Assembly: GCA_045613985.1 (NCBI GenBank)
Contig: JAZLCA010000001.1
Coordinates: 616-64,615, forward strand
DNA length: 64,000 nucleotides
From: Eubacteriales bacterium
Lineage (GTDB): Bacteria > Bacillota > Clostridia > Oscillospirales > CAG-272
Direction: 5' to 3'
Each line of letters opens with the position of its first letter. Position 1 is the stretch's first letter. The notes under the pieces were generated by a model, which saw nothing but the letters and a program-made list of their open reading frames with translations, did not search any database and was not told where the DNA came from. Shown here piece after piece: positions 24,601-33,183 of the stretch. The position numbers and the translations under genes are program-made.

Positions 24601-25932
24601 GCTGCTGGCAAGCTGTCTCCTGAGTTCCTGAATGCATTCTTGAACAACGAAGGCGCTTTCAAGGGCTGGGCAAGTGATGATGTTGAGACTCAGGCTGCTA
24701 TCAGCATTGAGAAGAACTACAAGGATCTGGCTCTGTATCTGTACTATGGCGCACTCAACAACGAGGCTCTGGATTCCAAGGGCAACACCATTGAGGCTGA
24801 TCCTATCGCTACCATCAGCACTTGGGCTGAGCAGATCCGTCAGTACCTGCACTCCGCAAGCGTATATCCTCAGCTGGCTATCATGAACGCTGATAGAGCA
24901 GAGGCTCAGAAGAACCACCGCGATGATATCGCTTACGTCTTCGAAGAGATCCTGAACTCTATGGTTGCAGGCCTGGATGAGGTTTACAACAGATTCCTGC
25001 TGGAAGACTTCGAGAAGGTTCAGATCAACAAGGCTTGGGATTATGCTACCGAGACTGCTACTCTGTTCTGCCTCGACACCGATAAGGCTCCTCTGATCGC
25101 TGCTATGCAGGATTACATCAGCGCTAAGCTGGGCGGCAACAACGCTCTGTTCTTCGACCTGCTGATGAACGAGGGTGACACCGAATTCGACGGTCAGCTG
25201 ATCAACGGTTCTATGTACACCGAGATCTTCGCAATCACCGTTGATAAGTTCGCTTACATCGGTGCTCTGGCTCCTGTCATCGACATCGCTGACAAGACCT
25301 CCGATTCTTACATCAACTCCGCAACCAACAAGAGAGACCTGGCTGTCAAGGTTCTGGGCGACTACATGATCGATCTGGACAACATGGCAATCAAGTACAA
25401 CTTCCTGAACTACCTGGATGATGCTACCCAGAATCTGGTTCGCGCACAGCTGAACTACATGAAGGCTAACAATGTAGCTGGTAACTTTGTTCTGACCTAC
25501 GATATGATCAACTACCTGGTAGCTGCTCACAACGGTCACAACACCGCTATCTCCATCTACAAGTTCCAGGAGCAGATGAGCAAGATTCCTTTCAACTCTT
25601 ACATCGCTTACTATGGTGATGTTCTGAACCTGATCTCTAGCGACAAGCAGGTTGCTCACGTTGAGAAGCTGCTGAACAGAACCTTTGATTCTTACATCTA
25701 CAACTCTGCTAATGCAGGTAAGTTCGATGTAACCATTGGTATCCTGTCCACTACCGATAAGGTTTGGGTTAACACCGCTCTGAACAACGTTGTATCTCCT
25801 GTTGACGTTCTGGGCACTGGCTTCACCTACGTTGGTTCTGCAGTTCGCGAGTACGATAGCATCGTTAACGTGAACACCCAGTACTACCCCAACGGTGATA
25901 CCACCAAGACCCCTGTAAATCTGTACAATTAA
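21679..25932 (+). CDS. Very large lipoprotein (1417 aa): coiled-coil, repeat-rich N-terminal third and a large C-terminal region of unknown function
   Basis: ATG at 21679 follows TGGAGG. Lipobox LTGC. Strong terminator downstream. Strongly biased codon usage. Confidence 0.8.
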   Translation: MLTNNKKSFFVKGIALLMAMLMVLSVCLTGCGKAAEEAAKNAQDTADKAVTDAAAAQSAADAVKKELEKYFTSEQTKAEAGKLIEEALKPYATTEALAAFVKSEDFEALKSQLNDFVKLDAVNAAIAKAVEGKVTAAELEAIQKKLAADIKKNETAISDAVNSLKSYATDAEVDAIKKALEDKISKGDKAINDALADYVKTADLTAVQNALNDKIAATDKAVAAAVESLKGYVKADEYALLVSSVQEMTFKMQTLDKEHYGMVMQTLAPYVENQEALASSVQYLMDEIAMIDKKHNDHVVELLAGYTTTENFDLLASAVQALEADLFELHMNVKAEIATLTQNQELLTAGVARLDAALEELHMNVKAEIADHDVKLDNLFAMLEQHKIDTRDMGKEIQAALVNYATKVEVEALEGRLDRLEDVVRGILNAFYTPEEVKTFAEEGFDILDVDPAIIAVQFQNKMNTVDGSMSLADWNATTTKILVETIDNIQKLLERLYEDADGLVHNDDHVDAYLYARKMAINEYLAPLYTEAFNPTTGDLNDSYVVRKGLEYAVLRAANAAELLKMSTAIANALDVNTFADDLKELYETYLYTIGCADADHHKNTQVVTIEHKGEINTFADKFDELLISYLFDYNTVTEKTFNAFEDTKYFAATGNANYNFGKQPTMAVYSFAGKLYTYTDNGASFKIGKDVYTRVGYTIIFDGEGMLWKKADAYGLYYLPTDMNDFQYDGAAIKTVKVDGHHGSLNDIWVADKSGNAGIYEALIQQSYDAQDLIDLANEKFKLFLNDVVKAYGVSKAVADFNKYNVTMDSYAASNFEVKELAATKDVALNTYADISKISDMQFLYALAVGMCTPVAERTVDYTIYLTGAASVQTYVEAALARNTCVDADHKALNHTDVVKGAIYHYDLYQKMIDKAWFLTFELYRTYAYEMTLDILADYISVLDYAIVNPTVDPKATALDGIDTFLANYDIVAAGKLSPEFLNAFLNNEGAFKGWASDDVETQAAISIEKNYKDLALYLYYGALNNEALDSKGNTIEADPIATISTWAEQIRQYLHSASVYPQLAIMNADRAEAQKNHRDDIAYVFEEILNSMVAGLDEVYNRFLLEDFEKVQINKAWDYATETATLFCLDTDKAPLIAAMQDYISAKLGGNNALFFDLLMNEGDTEFDGQLINGSMYTEIFAITVDKFAYIGALAPVIDIADKTSDSYINSATNKRDLAVKVLGDYMIDLDNMAIKYNFLNYLDDATQNLVRAQLNYMKANNVAGNFVLTYDMINYLVAAHNGHNTAISIYKFQEQMSKIPFNSYIAYYGDVLNLISSDKQVAHVEKLLNRTFDSYIYNSANAGKFDVTIGILSTTDKVWVNTALNNVVSPVDVLGTGFTYVGSAVREYDSIVNVNTQYYPNGDTTKTPVNLYN

Positions 25933-25970
25933 TTAACAGATTAGCAGAATTTAATATTCTGTAAACTTAA

Positions 25971-26010
25971 AAAGCACCCTGCGGGCTTCGGCCCGCGGGG
26001 TGTCTTTTTT
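25971..26010 (+). terminator. Intrinsic terminator
   Basis: 12-bp stem CACCCTGCGGGC-TTCG-GCCCGCGGGGTG followed by a T-run. Confidence 0.9.
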
Positions 26011-26059
26011 GTTGTCGATGAATAGATGTCGGCGGTTTCTGTGCCGATTCGGTGGCTTG

Positions 26060-28561
26060 CTAATCTGGTTTTTCGCTCTTCTTGCTCTTCTCAATGCGGA
26101 TGGAAACGACGGACATATCGTCTGTGCCACTCTGCTTTTGAGCGTCTTCAAGGATTTGTTGCAGTAATTGCTCTTGCTCCGTTGGCAGCTCGTGTGACAG
26201 TAGATCTGCCAGCCAATCCCTGCCTTTCCCGGCGGGTTCTCCATCATACACGCCGTCGCTCATCATCAAAATATGATCTCCTGCTTGTACTTCCAAAGGC
26301 AAGACGTGGGCGTCGATGGTTTGCAAAATGCCGATGGGCAGCGTGTGTGAGCATAAGCAGATTTGCCGACCATCGCGCAAAAGCCAACTGGGGGCTGCTC
26401 CGCTTTTGATCAATTCTCCCTGCCCGGTGTATCGGTTAAAACAAAAAAGATCTATGGTGGAGGAAATTTCATGCTCGGGAATTTTGGCGCGTGTTAACAG
26501 ATATTGATTTAAGAGAGAGAGGGCGGTAGGCACGCTTACCCCGGCACGCAGAGTTCGCTCCAGAAAAACGGCACAACTGTTTGACGTGATGGCGGCACGT
26601 TGCCCATGCCCCATGCCATCGCAAAGAAGGGCATAAAACATTCCGTCGGGACCGTCAAAGGTGCGTATCGTATCGCCGCATGGAGGACGCCTCTTGCTCT
26701 CGGTAGCGAAAACAGGTAGTGAGCGGTAGCGGCAATGAATCTCCCACTCCGGAAGCGTGTGGAGAGTAACGCCGCCTTCCTCGCCGCCCTCGTAATGCAA
26801 TTTAGACACCTCGGCGCCGAATACTTTGCCGAGATCGCTTCGGAATTGCTGTTGTGAGACGGTCAACATGGTGGGGGATAGTCCTAAAATGTGGGATGTC
26901 AGGCACTCTTGTCCATAGACAATGACCTTTTGGAAGGGGATTTTTTGTTTCCGTAAATAGCTTGCAATTTGTTCGGCCAATGCCGGATGCATTTTCTCGG
27001 AGTGCTCCCGCTCCCGATGCAATACATCACGGAACAGATGAGAAATGCCGTCACAGTTCATGGCAAACATCCCTCCGGTGTCGTAACGTATCGTATCGTA
27101 GCAGGTCTTGGCGTAACGATCGTTAAGATGCCGAGCAAGGTCTTGGTGATTGGGGCAGTCCCGAAACGGAAAGGATTGAGCGTCATTTTCGCTGATCTCT
27201 CCCAGCAACATCAGGCGTTGACCGGCGGTGCGAATGGCGGCACGGTAAGATTCTTTGCCGAGCTTGAGGCAGCTTGGCTTACCGGAGCAGGCGGCACAAT
27301 GAAAGGCAAAAGCCTGCTCACATATCCCGTACGTTTGCTCTGCGGGCAAATCGCAAATCGCTTTGGCTTTTCGGAACGTCTCGGCCAGCGAGCTGAAGGC
27401 GCCCGAAATGGCCGATATCGTCCGAAGCGTTTGTGCATGATTGGCTTGTGCGATGATCATGCGTGCAAAATCAGCGTCATCTTCCGTGGAATTTTTGGCG
27501 GGCGTCTCCGCCTTGGGCGATGCGGTGGGGCGTCCGTGCAGCCGCCATCTTACGCTGAACAACGAAATGCCGACGACAAAGGAGGGAAGGATCGTCCACA
27601 GCGCCTCGTCCTTTGCAAACAGCAACAAATAAACGGCACCGCCCAGTGTGGCGATCAGCAGAGAAAAGGATCCGATCATCTCTTTCAGAGCGGCATAAAC
27701 GATGCAAACACCAATCAGCAACGGGACGATGAAAAGATCGTAGGGTAGCCCGCAGACAAGTGACCATAAGATACCGCCCCCTGCGCCCCGCCGTCTTGTG
27801 CTGTCAAGGCACATCCAAACGGCTAGCACAGCCACCGGGGATAGACCGAAAAAGTGTAGGGATCGCCCGCAGAAGCATACACAAGCCATAAGTGTTGCAT
27901 ATGCTACGAGGCCAATTCCGCTGTTTTGAGCCGCTTTGCGAGAAGAGGTATCCTTGTTCCCGAGAAGCTCCAAATGCGCAAACAAGGCGGTTAGCGGGGG
28001 CGTGAGCAGCAAATAAAAGATGGATCCGTACAAATCGTAAAATACAAAACCGCCAAGGATCGAAATGCCAAGGCTTGGGATCAATGCGCAGAACAGCGAG
28101 ATCAACACCTTTCGGCTGATCGTATCGTTGAACGAAAGAGGTTTTATGGCAAATCCCGTGCGAGTATTTTCTCCCCTCCATAGCATCCGCATAAAACTTT
28201 TGCTCTGCTGTGCATATCGTCGGATGCGGTTGGCCACGCTGACTCCTTCATTCGCAACAAGAAGGCGGAACAGAAGCCGCAAAAGCACCGCGGTGATCGT
28301 GGCGGCGATCGTCCATCCGCTTGAGTCGCCTTGCTGCCAACAGCCGAACAAGGTTCCCAACAGCAGCCAGCCGAGTTGATGGTCGGCGGCGCAAACGAGG
28401 GACAAGGGCAGCGGATTGACCGAAAAAAGCAGGGGCGAGCATAAGACGTAGGCGGCAGCGCTCAGCAGCACGCCTTGGAGCAGCTCGCGCGGACGGACGG
28501 TGACGGTGTGCCCGGACGTTTCGCCCGCTTTGGGCATTGGATCTGTGAAATTCTGTTGCAT
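26060..28561 (-). CDS. spoIIE: Stage II sporulation protein E (PP2C phosphatase with a polytopic N-terminus)
   Basis: 833 aa. About 10 TM helices followed by a PP2C domain (GDTIRTFDGPDGMFYALLCDGMGHG). Confidence 0.9.
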   Translation of the reverse strand: MQQNFTDPMPKAGETSGHTVTVRPRELLQGVLLSAAAYVLCSPLLFSVNPLPLSLVCAADHQLGWLLLGTLFGCWQQGDSSGWTIAATITAVLLRLLFRLLVANEGVSVANRIRRYAQQSKSFMRMLWRGENTRTGFAIKPLSFNDTISRKVLISLFCALIPSLGISILGGFVFYDLYGSIFYLLLTPPLTALFAHLELLGNKDTSSRKAAQNSGIGLVAYATLMACVCFCGRSLHFFGLSPVAVLAVWMCLDSTRRRGAGGGILWSLVCGLPYDLFIVPLLIGVCIVYAALKEMIGSFSLLIATLGGAVYLLLFAKDEALWTILPSFVVGISLFSVRWRLHGRPTASPKAETPAKNSTEDDADFARMIIAQANHAQTLRTISAISGAFSSLAETFRKAKAICDLPAEQTYGICEQAFAFHCAACSGKPSCLKLGKESYRAAIRTAGQRLMLLGEISENDAQSFPFRDCPNHQDLARHLNDRYAKTCYDTIRYDTGGMFAMNCDGISHLFRDVLHREREHSEKMHPALAEQIASYLRKQKIPFQKVIVYGQECLTSHILGLSPTMLTVSQQQFRSDLGKVFGAEVSKLHYEGGEEGGVTLHTLPEWEIHCRYRSLPVFATESKRRPPCGDTIRTFDGPDGMFYALLCDGMGHGQRAAITSNSCAVFLERTLRAGVSVPTALSLLNQYLLTRAKIPEHEISSTIDLFCFNRYTGQGELIKSGAAPSWLLRDGRQICLCSHTLPIGILQTIDAHVLPLEVQAGDHILMMSDGVYDGEPAGKGRDWLADLLSHELPTEQEQLLQQILEDAQKQSGTDDMSVVSIRIEKSKKSEKPD

Positions 28562-28668
28562 AGGGGATTCCTCCTTGGCCTGACGGTAGATTGCCTCGCC
28601 TTATTATACGGCGGATGCAACGCAAAATCGGTCGAAATAAGAGGGGCATCCCCACCGGTTTATCTGCA

Positions 28669-28697
28669 TTGACAAAGCGGTCGATTTGTGATATACT
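28669..28697 (+). promoter_or_regulatory. Promoter TTGACA-17-TGaTATACT
   Basis: -35 at 28669-28674 and -10 at 28692-28697, with a TG extension. Confidence 0.7.
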
Positions 28698-28727
28698 GAT
28701 GCTAGTTCAAAAACAAGGAGGTCGGAT

Positions 28728-29219
28728 ATGGTTGAAAAGACTCCATTGATCGTTTGCCTGACCGGACACCGTAACATTCCAACCGAACACGCGCTCCGTC
28801 TTCCCGCCCTTTTGGAAAAGGAAATCTATGCTTTGATCGACCGCGGTGCCGTTGAATTTCGCGCCGGAGGGGCAATGGGCTACGATATGGTTGCCACTCT
28901 GAAATTGATCGAGATCAAAGAACAACGCCCCCACATCAAGATCCGTTTGTGCCTGCCTTGCCGCGATCAAACGCGGGGATGGAGCGAGGCCGCTTGCCGC
29001 GCCTACCGTTATATTTTGGATCGGGCAGATGAAGTCAGTTACACGACCGAATTCTACACCTCCGGCTGTATGCTGGCACGGGACCGTGAATTGGTGGAGG
29101 GAAGTGACGTTTGCTTAGCTTATTGCACCCAAAACCGCGGAGGATCCTTCTATACCTGCTCCTATGCCTTGAAGAAAGGTCTGGAGCTGATCAATCTGGC
29201 GGATCAGCTTCCCCGATAA
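28728..29219 (+). CDS. SLOG-fold protein, DUF1273 / YpsA-like
   Basis: Motifs CLTGHR, GGAMGYD, LP, W and ARDRELVEGSD fit the DUF1273 pattern. Confidence 0.7.
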   Translation: MVEKTPLIVCLTGHRNIPTEHALRLPALLEKEIYALIDRGAVEFRAGGAMGYDMVATLKLIEIKEQRPHIKIRLCLPCRDQTRGWSEAACRAYRYILDRADEVSYTTEFYTSGCMLARDRELVEGSDVCLAYCTQNRGGSFYTCSYALKKGLELINLADQLPR

Positions 29220-29223
29220 AGAC

Positions 29224-29267
29224 AAAACACCGATACAAACGAAACGTTGTATCGGTGCTTTGTTTTT
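29224..29267. terminator. Bidirectional terminator between convergent genes
   Basis: CACCGATACAA / TTGTATCGGTG stem with flanking A and T runs. Confidence 0.8.
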
Positions 29268-29274
29268 ATCGTCC

Positions 29275-29490
29275 TTATTCTCTCAGCTCGCCGTAGCCTT
29301 CGCGTTCGCGGAACAAAAGGCTGATACACCAGACACCCGCCAGGGCGACCAGTGTGTAAACGATACGGCTGATCAGCGCGTCTTGTCCGCCGCAGATCCA
29401 TGCGACGATATCAAATTGGAACAGCCCGATGCTGCCCCAGTTGAGCGCTCCGACGATGGTAAGGATCAGCGCAATACGATCCAGAATCAT
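29275..29490 (-). CDS. DUF378-family small membrane protein
   Basis: MILDRIALILTIVGALNWGSIGLFQFDIVAW... ATG at 29490 follows AGGAAAGGAA. Confidence 0.75.
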   Translation of the reverse strand: MILDRIALILTIVGALNWGSIGLFQFDIVAWICGGQDALISRIVYTLVALAGVWCISLLFREREGYGELRE

Positions 29491-29620
29491 AATGGTAACT
29501 CGATTCCTTTCCTTTGTCTTGCTTTGAGCGGCGCGCTTTGCACTCGCAAAACACTCCGTCAAGGAAAAGTATGCGCCAAGAAGGACAAAAGTATGCGAGA
29601 TGATTTTAAAATGCTAGGAA

Positions 29621-29809
29621 TTACGGTTCTTGAGGCGGCGGCACTTCTATTTCGCCTTGTGCATTTTCAAACGCTTTGATCTCTTGACGGATCAAGTAGA
29701 GAATTTGCCCATTGGCAGAGCGTCCATAATATTTGGATATATAATGTAGTTTGTAATGCAGACTCGGGTCAATTTCGATGCCAAGATGTTTATTCTTTTT
29801 GTTTCTCAT
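29621..29809 (-). CDS. Small putative ribbon-helix-helix DNA-binding protein
   Basis: ATG at 29809 follows GGAGA. The beta-strand plus two-helix pattern (LGIEIDPSLHYKLHYISKYYGRSANGQILYLIRQEI) is assigned by eye only. Confidence 0.45.
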   Translation of the reverse strand: MRNKKNKHLGIEIDPSLHYKLHYISKYYGRSANGQILYLIRQEIKAFENAQGEIEVPPPQEP

Positions 29810-29827
29810 AAAAAATCTCCAAATCAT

Positions 29828-29890
29828 CTTAATATAAGTACATTTTAAGATAAATTTGTGGTATAATGTTGACGGTATACTTATATTAAG
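29828..29890 (+). promoter_or_regulatory. Extended -10 promoter (TGgTATAAT, 29859-29867) bracketed by a 13-bp inverted repeat (candidate operator)
   Basis: CTTAATATAAGTA at 29828-29840 and TACTTATATTAAG at 29878-29890. Confidence 0.55.
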
Positions 29891-29912
29891 TATACAGATT
29901 TTGGAGGTTTTT

Positions 29913-30248
29913 ATGAAAATTGCAATTATTGGCTCAAGGAGTGCTGTGGCGAGGGGGATAGAAGAATATGTTGAGGATGGCGATGAAATCGTGTCCGGTG
30001 GTGCTGTGGGCGTAGATCATTTTGCTGCGGAATATGCAAGAAGCCACGGGCTAAAGCTTACCGAATTTTTGCCGCAATATGAAAAATACGGTCGGGGCGC
30101 GCCGATTGTCCGAAATAAAAAGATTGTGGACTATTGTGACCGGATCGTTGCATTTTGGGATGGAAAATCCAAAGGAACCTTGTCGGTCATAAAGTATGCA
30201 GAAAAGGTTGGAAAACCATGTGAGATTATTATTTCCCAAAATGAGTAA
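29913..30248 (+). CDS. SLOG-fold protein, DUF2493-like
   Basis: ATG at 29913 follows TTGGAGG. Motifs IGSRS, SGGAVGVDHFAAEYA, IVRNKKIV and IVAFWDGKSKGT. Confidence 0.7.
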   Translation: MKIAIIGSRSAVARGIEEYVEDGDEIVSGGAVGVDHFAAEYARSHGLKLTEFLPQYEKYGRGAPIVRNKKIVDYCDRIVAFWDGKSKGTLSVIKYAEKVGKPCEIIISQNE

Positions 30249-30250
30249 AA

Positions 30251-30292
30251 AGAAAAATATCCGCAGAGAAAATCCTCTGCGGATATTTTAAT
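30251..30292. terminator. Bidirectional terminator
   Basis: AATATCCGCAGAG / CTCTGCGGATATT stem. Confidence 0.8.
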
Positions 30293-30299
30293 TCAGCGT

Positions 30300-30941
30300 T
30301 TACGCCTTTCTCTTCTCCAGGCAGAAGGCCAGAGCGGCGTCTGCGGCGGAGGCGGCATCGTCGGTGTAGCAATCGGCACCGATGCTGTCGCAAAATGCCT
30401 TGGAGACGGGGGCACCGCCAACCATGACCTTGACGTTCAGACCCTGCTCCTTCACGGCCTCAACGATGTTCTTCATCTCACCCATGGTGGTGGTCAGAAG
30501 GGCGGAGCAGCAGATGACGTCAGCGTTCAGCTCCTGCGCTGCCTTAACGAAGGCTTCGGCAGAGACGTCAACGCCCAGGTCGTGAACGGTCAGACCCTTG
30601 CTCTCCAGCATCATCTTGACCAGGTTCTTACCGATGTCGTGAAGGTCGCCCTTGACGGTACCGACAACGGCAACGCCGTTGGCTTCTACGCCGTCGCGCA
30701 GCAGAGCTTCCTTGAGCTCGGCCATACCCTGATTCATGGCGCGTGCGGAGATCAGAACCTCGGGAACGTAAACCTCGCCTGCCTTGAACTGCTCGCCAAT
30801 GACAGCCATGCCGGCCAACAGACCGTCATTCATGATGGTCTTGGGGTCCATGCCCTCCTCCAGCGCCTGGCGCACCAGAGCAACCACCTGCTTTGCGCGG
30901 CCTTCTTGCAGAAGGCTGCTGATATCTTCCAAAATGGACAT
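30300..30941 (-). CDS. Corrinoid (B12)-binding protein of methyltransferase systems
   Basis: ATG at 30941 follows AAAGGAAG. Carries the DxHxxG motif (GDLHDIGKNLV) and a B12-binding-2 N-terminal cap. Confidence 0.85.
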   Translation of the reverse strand: MSILEDISSLLQEGRAKQVVALVRQALEEGMDPKTIMNDGLLAGMAVIGEQFKAGEVYVPEVLISARAMNQGMAELKEALLRDGVEANGVAVVGTVKGDLHDIGKNLVKMMLESKGLTVHDLGVDVSAEAFVKAAQELNADVICCSALLTTTMGEMKNIVEAVKEQGLNVKVMVGGAPVSKAFCDSIGADCYTDDAASAADAALAFCLEKRKA

Positions 30942-31082
30942 ACGTACTTCCTTTCCCGCCTTTCGGCGCGGCAATATTGCCGGGATAAATAGATTTTGTA
31001 TATATATTTTTTTGATTTCACTTGAATTTACGCTCGGGATTTGTTATACTTTTGATGATACTACAAACAAGGGGAAACAGCC

Positions 31083-32576
31083 ATGAGCTTTACCATAGAA
31101 ATTCACAGCGGCGAGAGCGTAAAGTGCCTGACCTATCAAGCCCCCGTGCTTTTGTCACAGGCGCTGATCGACGCAGGATTGTCCCATCCGCATCCTTGCG
31201 GCGGACGCGGCGCGTGCGGCAAGTGTGCGCTTCGTGTTACGGGAGTACTCTCTCCCATGACCGAGACGGAGTGCCAAGGCCTTGCGAAAGCGGGGTTGGC
31301 AACGGACGGGGATATCCGTTTGTCCTGTCTTTGCAAGGCGATCGGGGATACCTCTATCCATTATACCACAACTATTTCTCCGTTGCAAGGGCTTTTGAAA
31401 GGTTTTTGTCGCGAATTTTCTTTGGATCCGCCCGCCGGTCGAGATGGCACCGGTATGGCGGTGGACGTTGGCACCACCAGCGTGGCGGCCTACCTGTATG
31501 ATATGAAAACCGGGGCATTGCTTGCACAGCTGTGCGTGGAAAATCCCCAACGGACACAGGGCGCGGACGTCATCTCTCGCATTTTGTACGCGCTTCAAGG
31601 AGGTGCGTCGCACCTGCAAGGGCAGATCCAAGATTGCCTGTCCGAGCTTGCCCGGCGTTTGAGCGAAAAAGCAGGGGTGGCTCGGCCGCAAACCGCTGTG
31701 ATCGTGGGCAATACCGCCATGCTGTCGTTGGCGACGGGAACGGACGTGGCTCCCTTGTCGGCCGCTCCCTTTCACATGGCCCGTTCGTTTGGCGAATGGG
31801 AAAACGGCACCTATTATCCCCCCTGCATTTCGGCCTATGTGGGCGCCGATATGACGGCGGCTATTTTGGCGAGCGATATGTGCCGCGAACAAGATAAGAC
31901 GGCCCTTCTTCTCGACGTGGGCACCAACGGCGAGATGGCTCTGTGGCACCAAGGAAAACTGATTTGCTGTTCCACCGCCGCAGGCCCCGCCTTTGAAGGA
32001 GCGGGCATCTCTTGCGGATGTCTGGCGGTTGCCGGTGCTGTTTGCGCCGTGAGAGCAAAAGAGGGCGCGCTAGAATACGAGACGATTGACGGTCTTGCGC
32101 CCGTTGGTCTTTGCGGCACGGGACTGATCGATGCCGCCGCGGCACTGCTCGAGCTTGGCATACTGGAGGACAGCGGCTATATGGAACAGGACGCTCCCAT
32201 CGGGGACAGCGGCCTTTGCCTGACGCGAGCAGACATCCGCCAGCTGCAATTGGCCAAGGCGGCCATTCGTGCGGGCATTGAAACCTTGCTTTCGGAGGCG
32301 CGAATCGGCTACGATGCGGTAGATGCGGTGTATTTGGCGGGCGGATTCGGCTCGTACCTGCATGCCGACACCTGTGCGGCGATTGGTATGATCCCGAGGG
32401 AATTGACCGAAAAGATCAAGGTCTTGGGCAACGCGGCGGGGCAAGGAGCAACCTTGATGCTTCTGTCGCGCGAGGAACTTGCACAGGCGGAGCAGATCGC
32501 GCGCATGGCCGAGACGATCGAGCTTTCGTCAAGTGCGGTGTTCATGGAAAATTACGTGGAGAGCATGATGTTCTGA
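31083..32576 (+). CDS. Corrinoid reductive-activation protein (2Fe-2S ferredoxin domain plus ASKHA/DUF4445 domain)
   Basis: N-terminal CGGRGACGKC cluster motif followed by ASKHA-like GxDxGTT segments (AVDVGTTS, LLDVGTNGE). Confidence 0.8.
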   Translation: MSFTIEIHSGESVKCLTYQAPVLLSQALIDAGLSHPHPCGGRGACGKCALRVTGVLSPMTETECQGLAKAGLATDGDIRLSCLCKAIGDTSIHYTTTISPLQGLLKGFCREFSLDPPAGRDGTGMAVDVGTTSVAAYLYDMKTGALLAQLCVENPQRTQGADVISRILYALQGGASHLQGQIQDCLSELARRLSEKAGVARPQTAVIVGNTAMLSLATGTDVAPLSAAPFHMARSFGEWENGTYYPPCISAYVGADMTAAILASDMCREQDKTALLLDVGTNGEMALWHQGKLICCSTAAGPAFEGAGISCGCLAVAGAVCAVRAKEGALEYETIDGLAPVGLCGTGLIDAAAALLELGILEDSGYMEQDAPIGDSGLCLTRADIRQLQLAKAAIRAGIETLLSEARIGYDAVDAVYLAGGFGSYLHADTCAAIGMIPRELTEKIKVLGNAAGQGATLMLLSREELAQAEQIARMAETIELSSSAVFMENYVESMMF

Positions 32577-32585
32577 CGGGGAGCA

Positions 32586-33183
32586 GGGGGGAGTTTAACT
32601 AAATTTTCAACAACTTCTCCTTGGGCCTCGCACAGCTTCGCGCGCTCGGTGAAAGCAAGGATGCCCTTTCTTTGTCGTTTCACAAAGAAAGGGCGAAAGA
32701 AAGGAAACCAAAGGCTGCCGCCTTTGGAAACTGCTCCGTCCGCCGTTCTGAAAAGAAGAACGGCGGGAAGACAAGGTTCAGCAAAACTCCTCCATCTGCG
32801 TGGCATATATCCCACCACGCAGATGGGCTCGCTTGGCAAGACTTTTTGCTTTTTCGTCCTGTCCAAAATTTCGTCGATCACAGGGAAAGAGGCAGAAGCT
32901 AACGCTTTTAACAAAAGCAAAGTCCGTGCTACTCCCGTGTCGGTGTTTTTCTTTAAAACACCGACGCAAAAGCTGAAGATGCTCACTTTTGCGTCGTGCT
33001 GCGCGGCTTGCCGCGCCTGCAAAGACGCACTGCGGGGTTCTAAGGGGCATTAGGCCCCTTGGCGCGTTTTTTCGTGCTTTTTGTCGCGCGACAAAAAGGA
33101 CAACGCCTGCCGGCGCGGCGCAGTGTGCCGCGCCCAACAAGTAGGAAAAGTTGTAAAAGACTTAGCTAAACAAAACGCTCCCC
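32586..33183. other. Hairpin-dense non-coding element of about 600 bp with imperfect terminal inverted repeats
   Basis: At least 10 distinct perfect or near-perfect stems of 7-13 bp. The ends at 32586-32620 and 33141-33183 are inverted copies of one motif. Confidence 0.5.

Noticed and set aside
21664-25659. 1331-aa ORF on the minus strand
   Set aside because: It is exactly codon-aligned antisense to the lipoprotein gene, and it is open only because the sense gene avoids TTA, CTA and TCA codons. Its composition is low-complexity (Val/Ser/Leu/Gln-rich) and it has no RBS. The plus-strand gene has an RBS, a lipobox and a terminator.
32913-32935. AAAGTCCGTGCT resembles the conserved RNase P RNA P4 segment (GGAAAGTCC.TGCT)
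   Set aside because: The other universally conserved RNase P elements (the 3' P4 strand ACAGAA..GGCTTA and the GGTAA-type loops) are absent downstream, and the remaining length is too short. I treat it as a chance similarity inside the hairpin-dense element.
32552-33140. ORFs of 120-156 aa inside the hairpin-dense interval
   Set aside because: They have no RBS, overlap one another on both strands, and produce arbitrary residues through the palindromes. No family resemblance.
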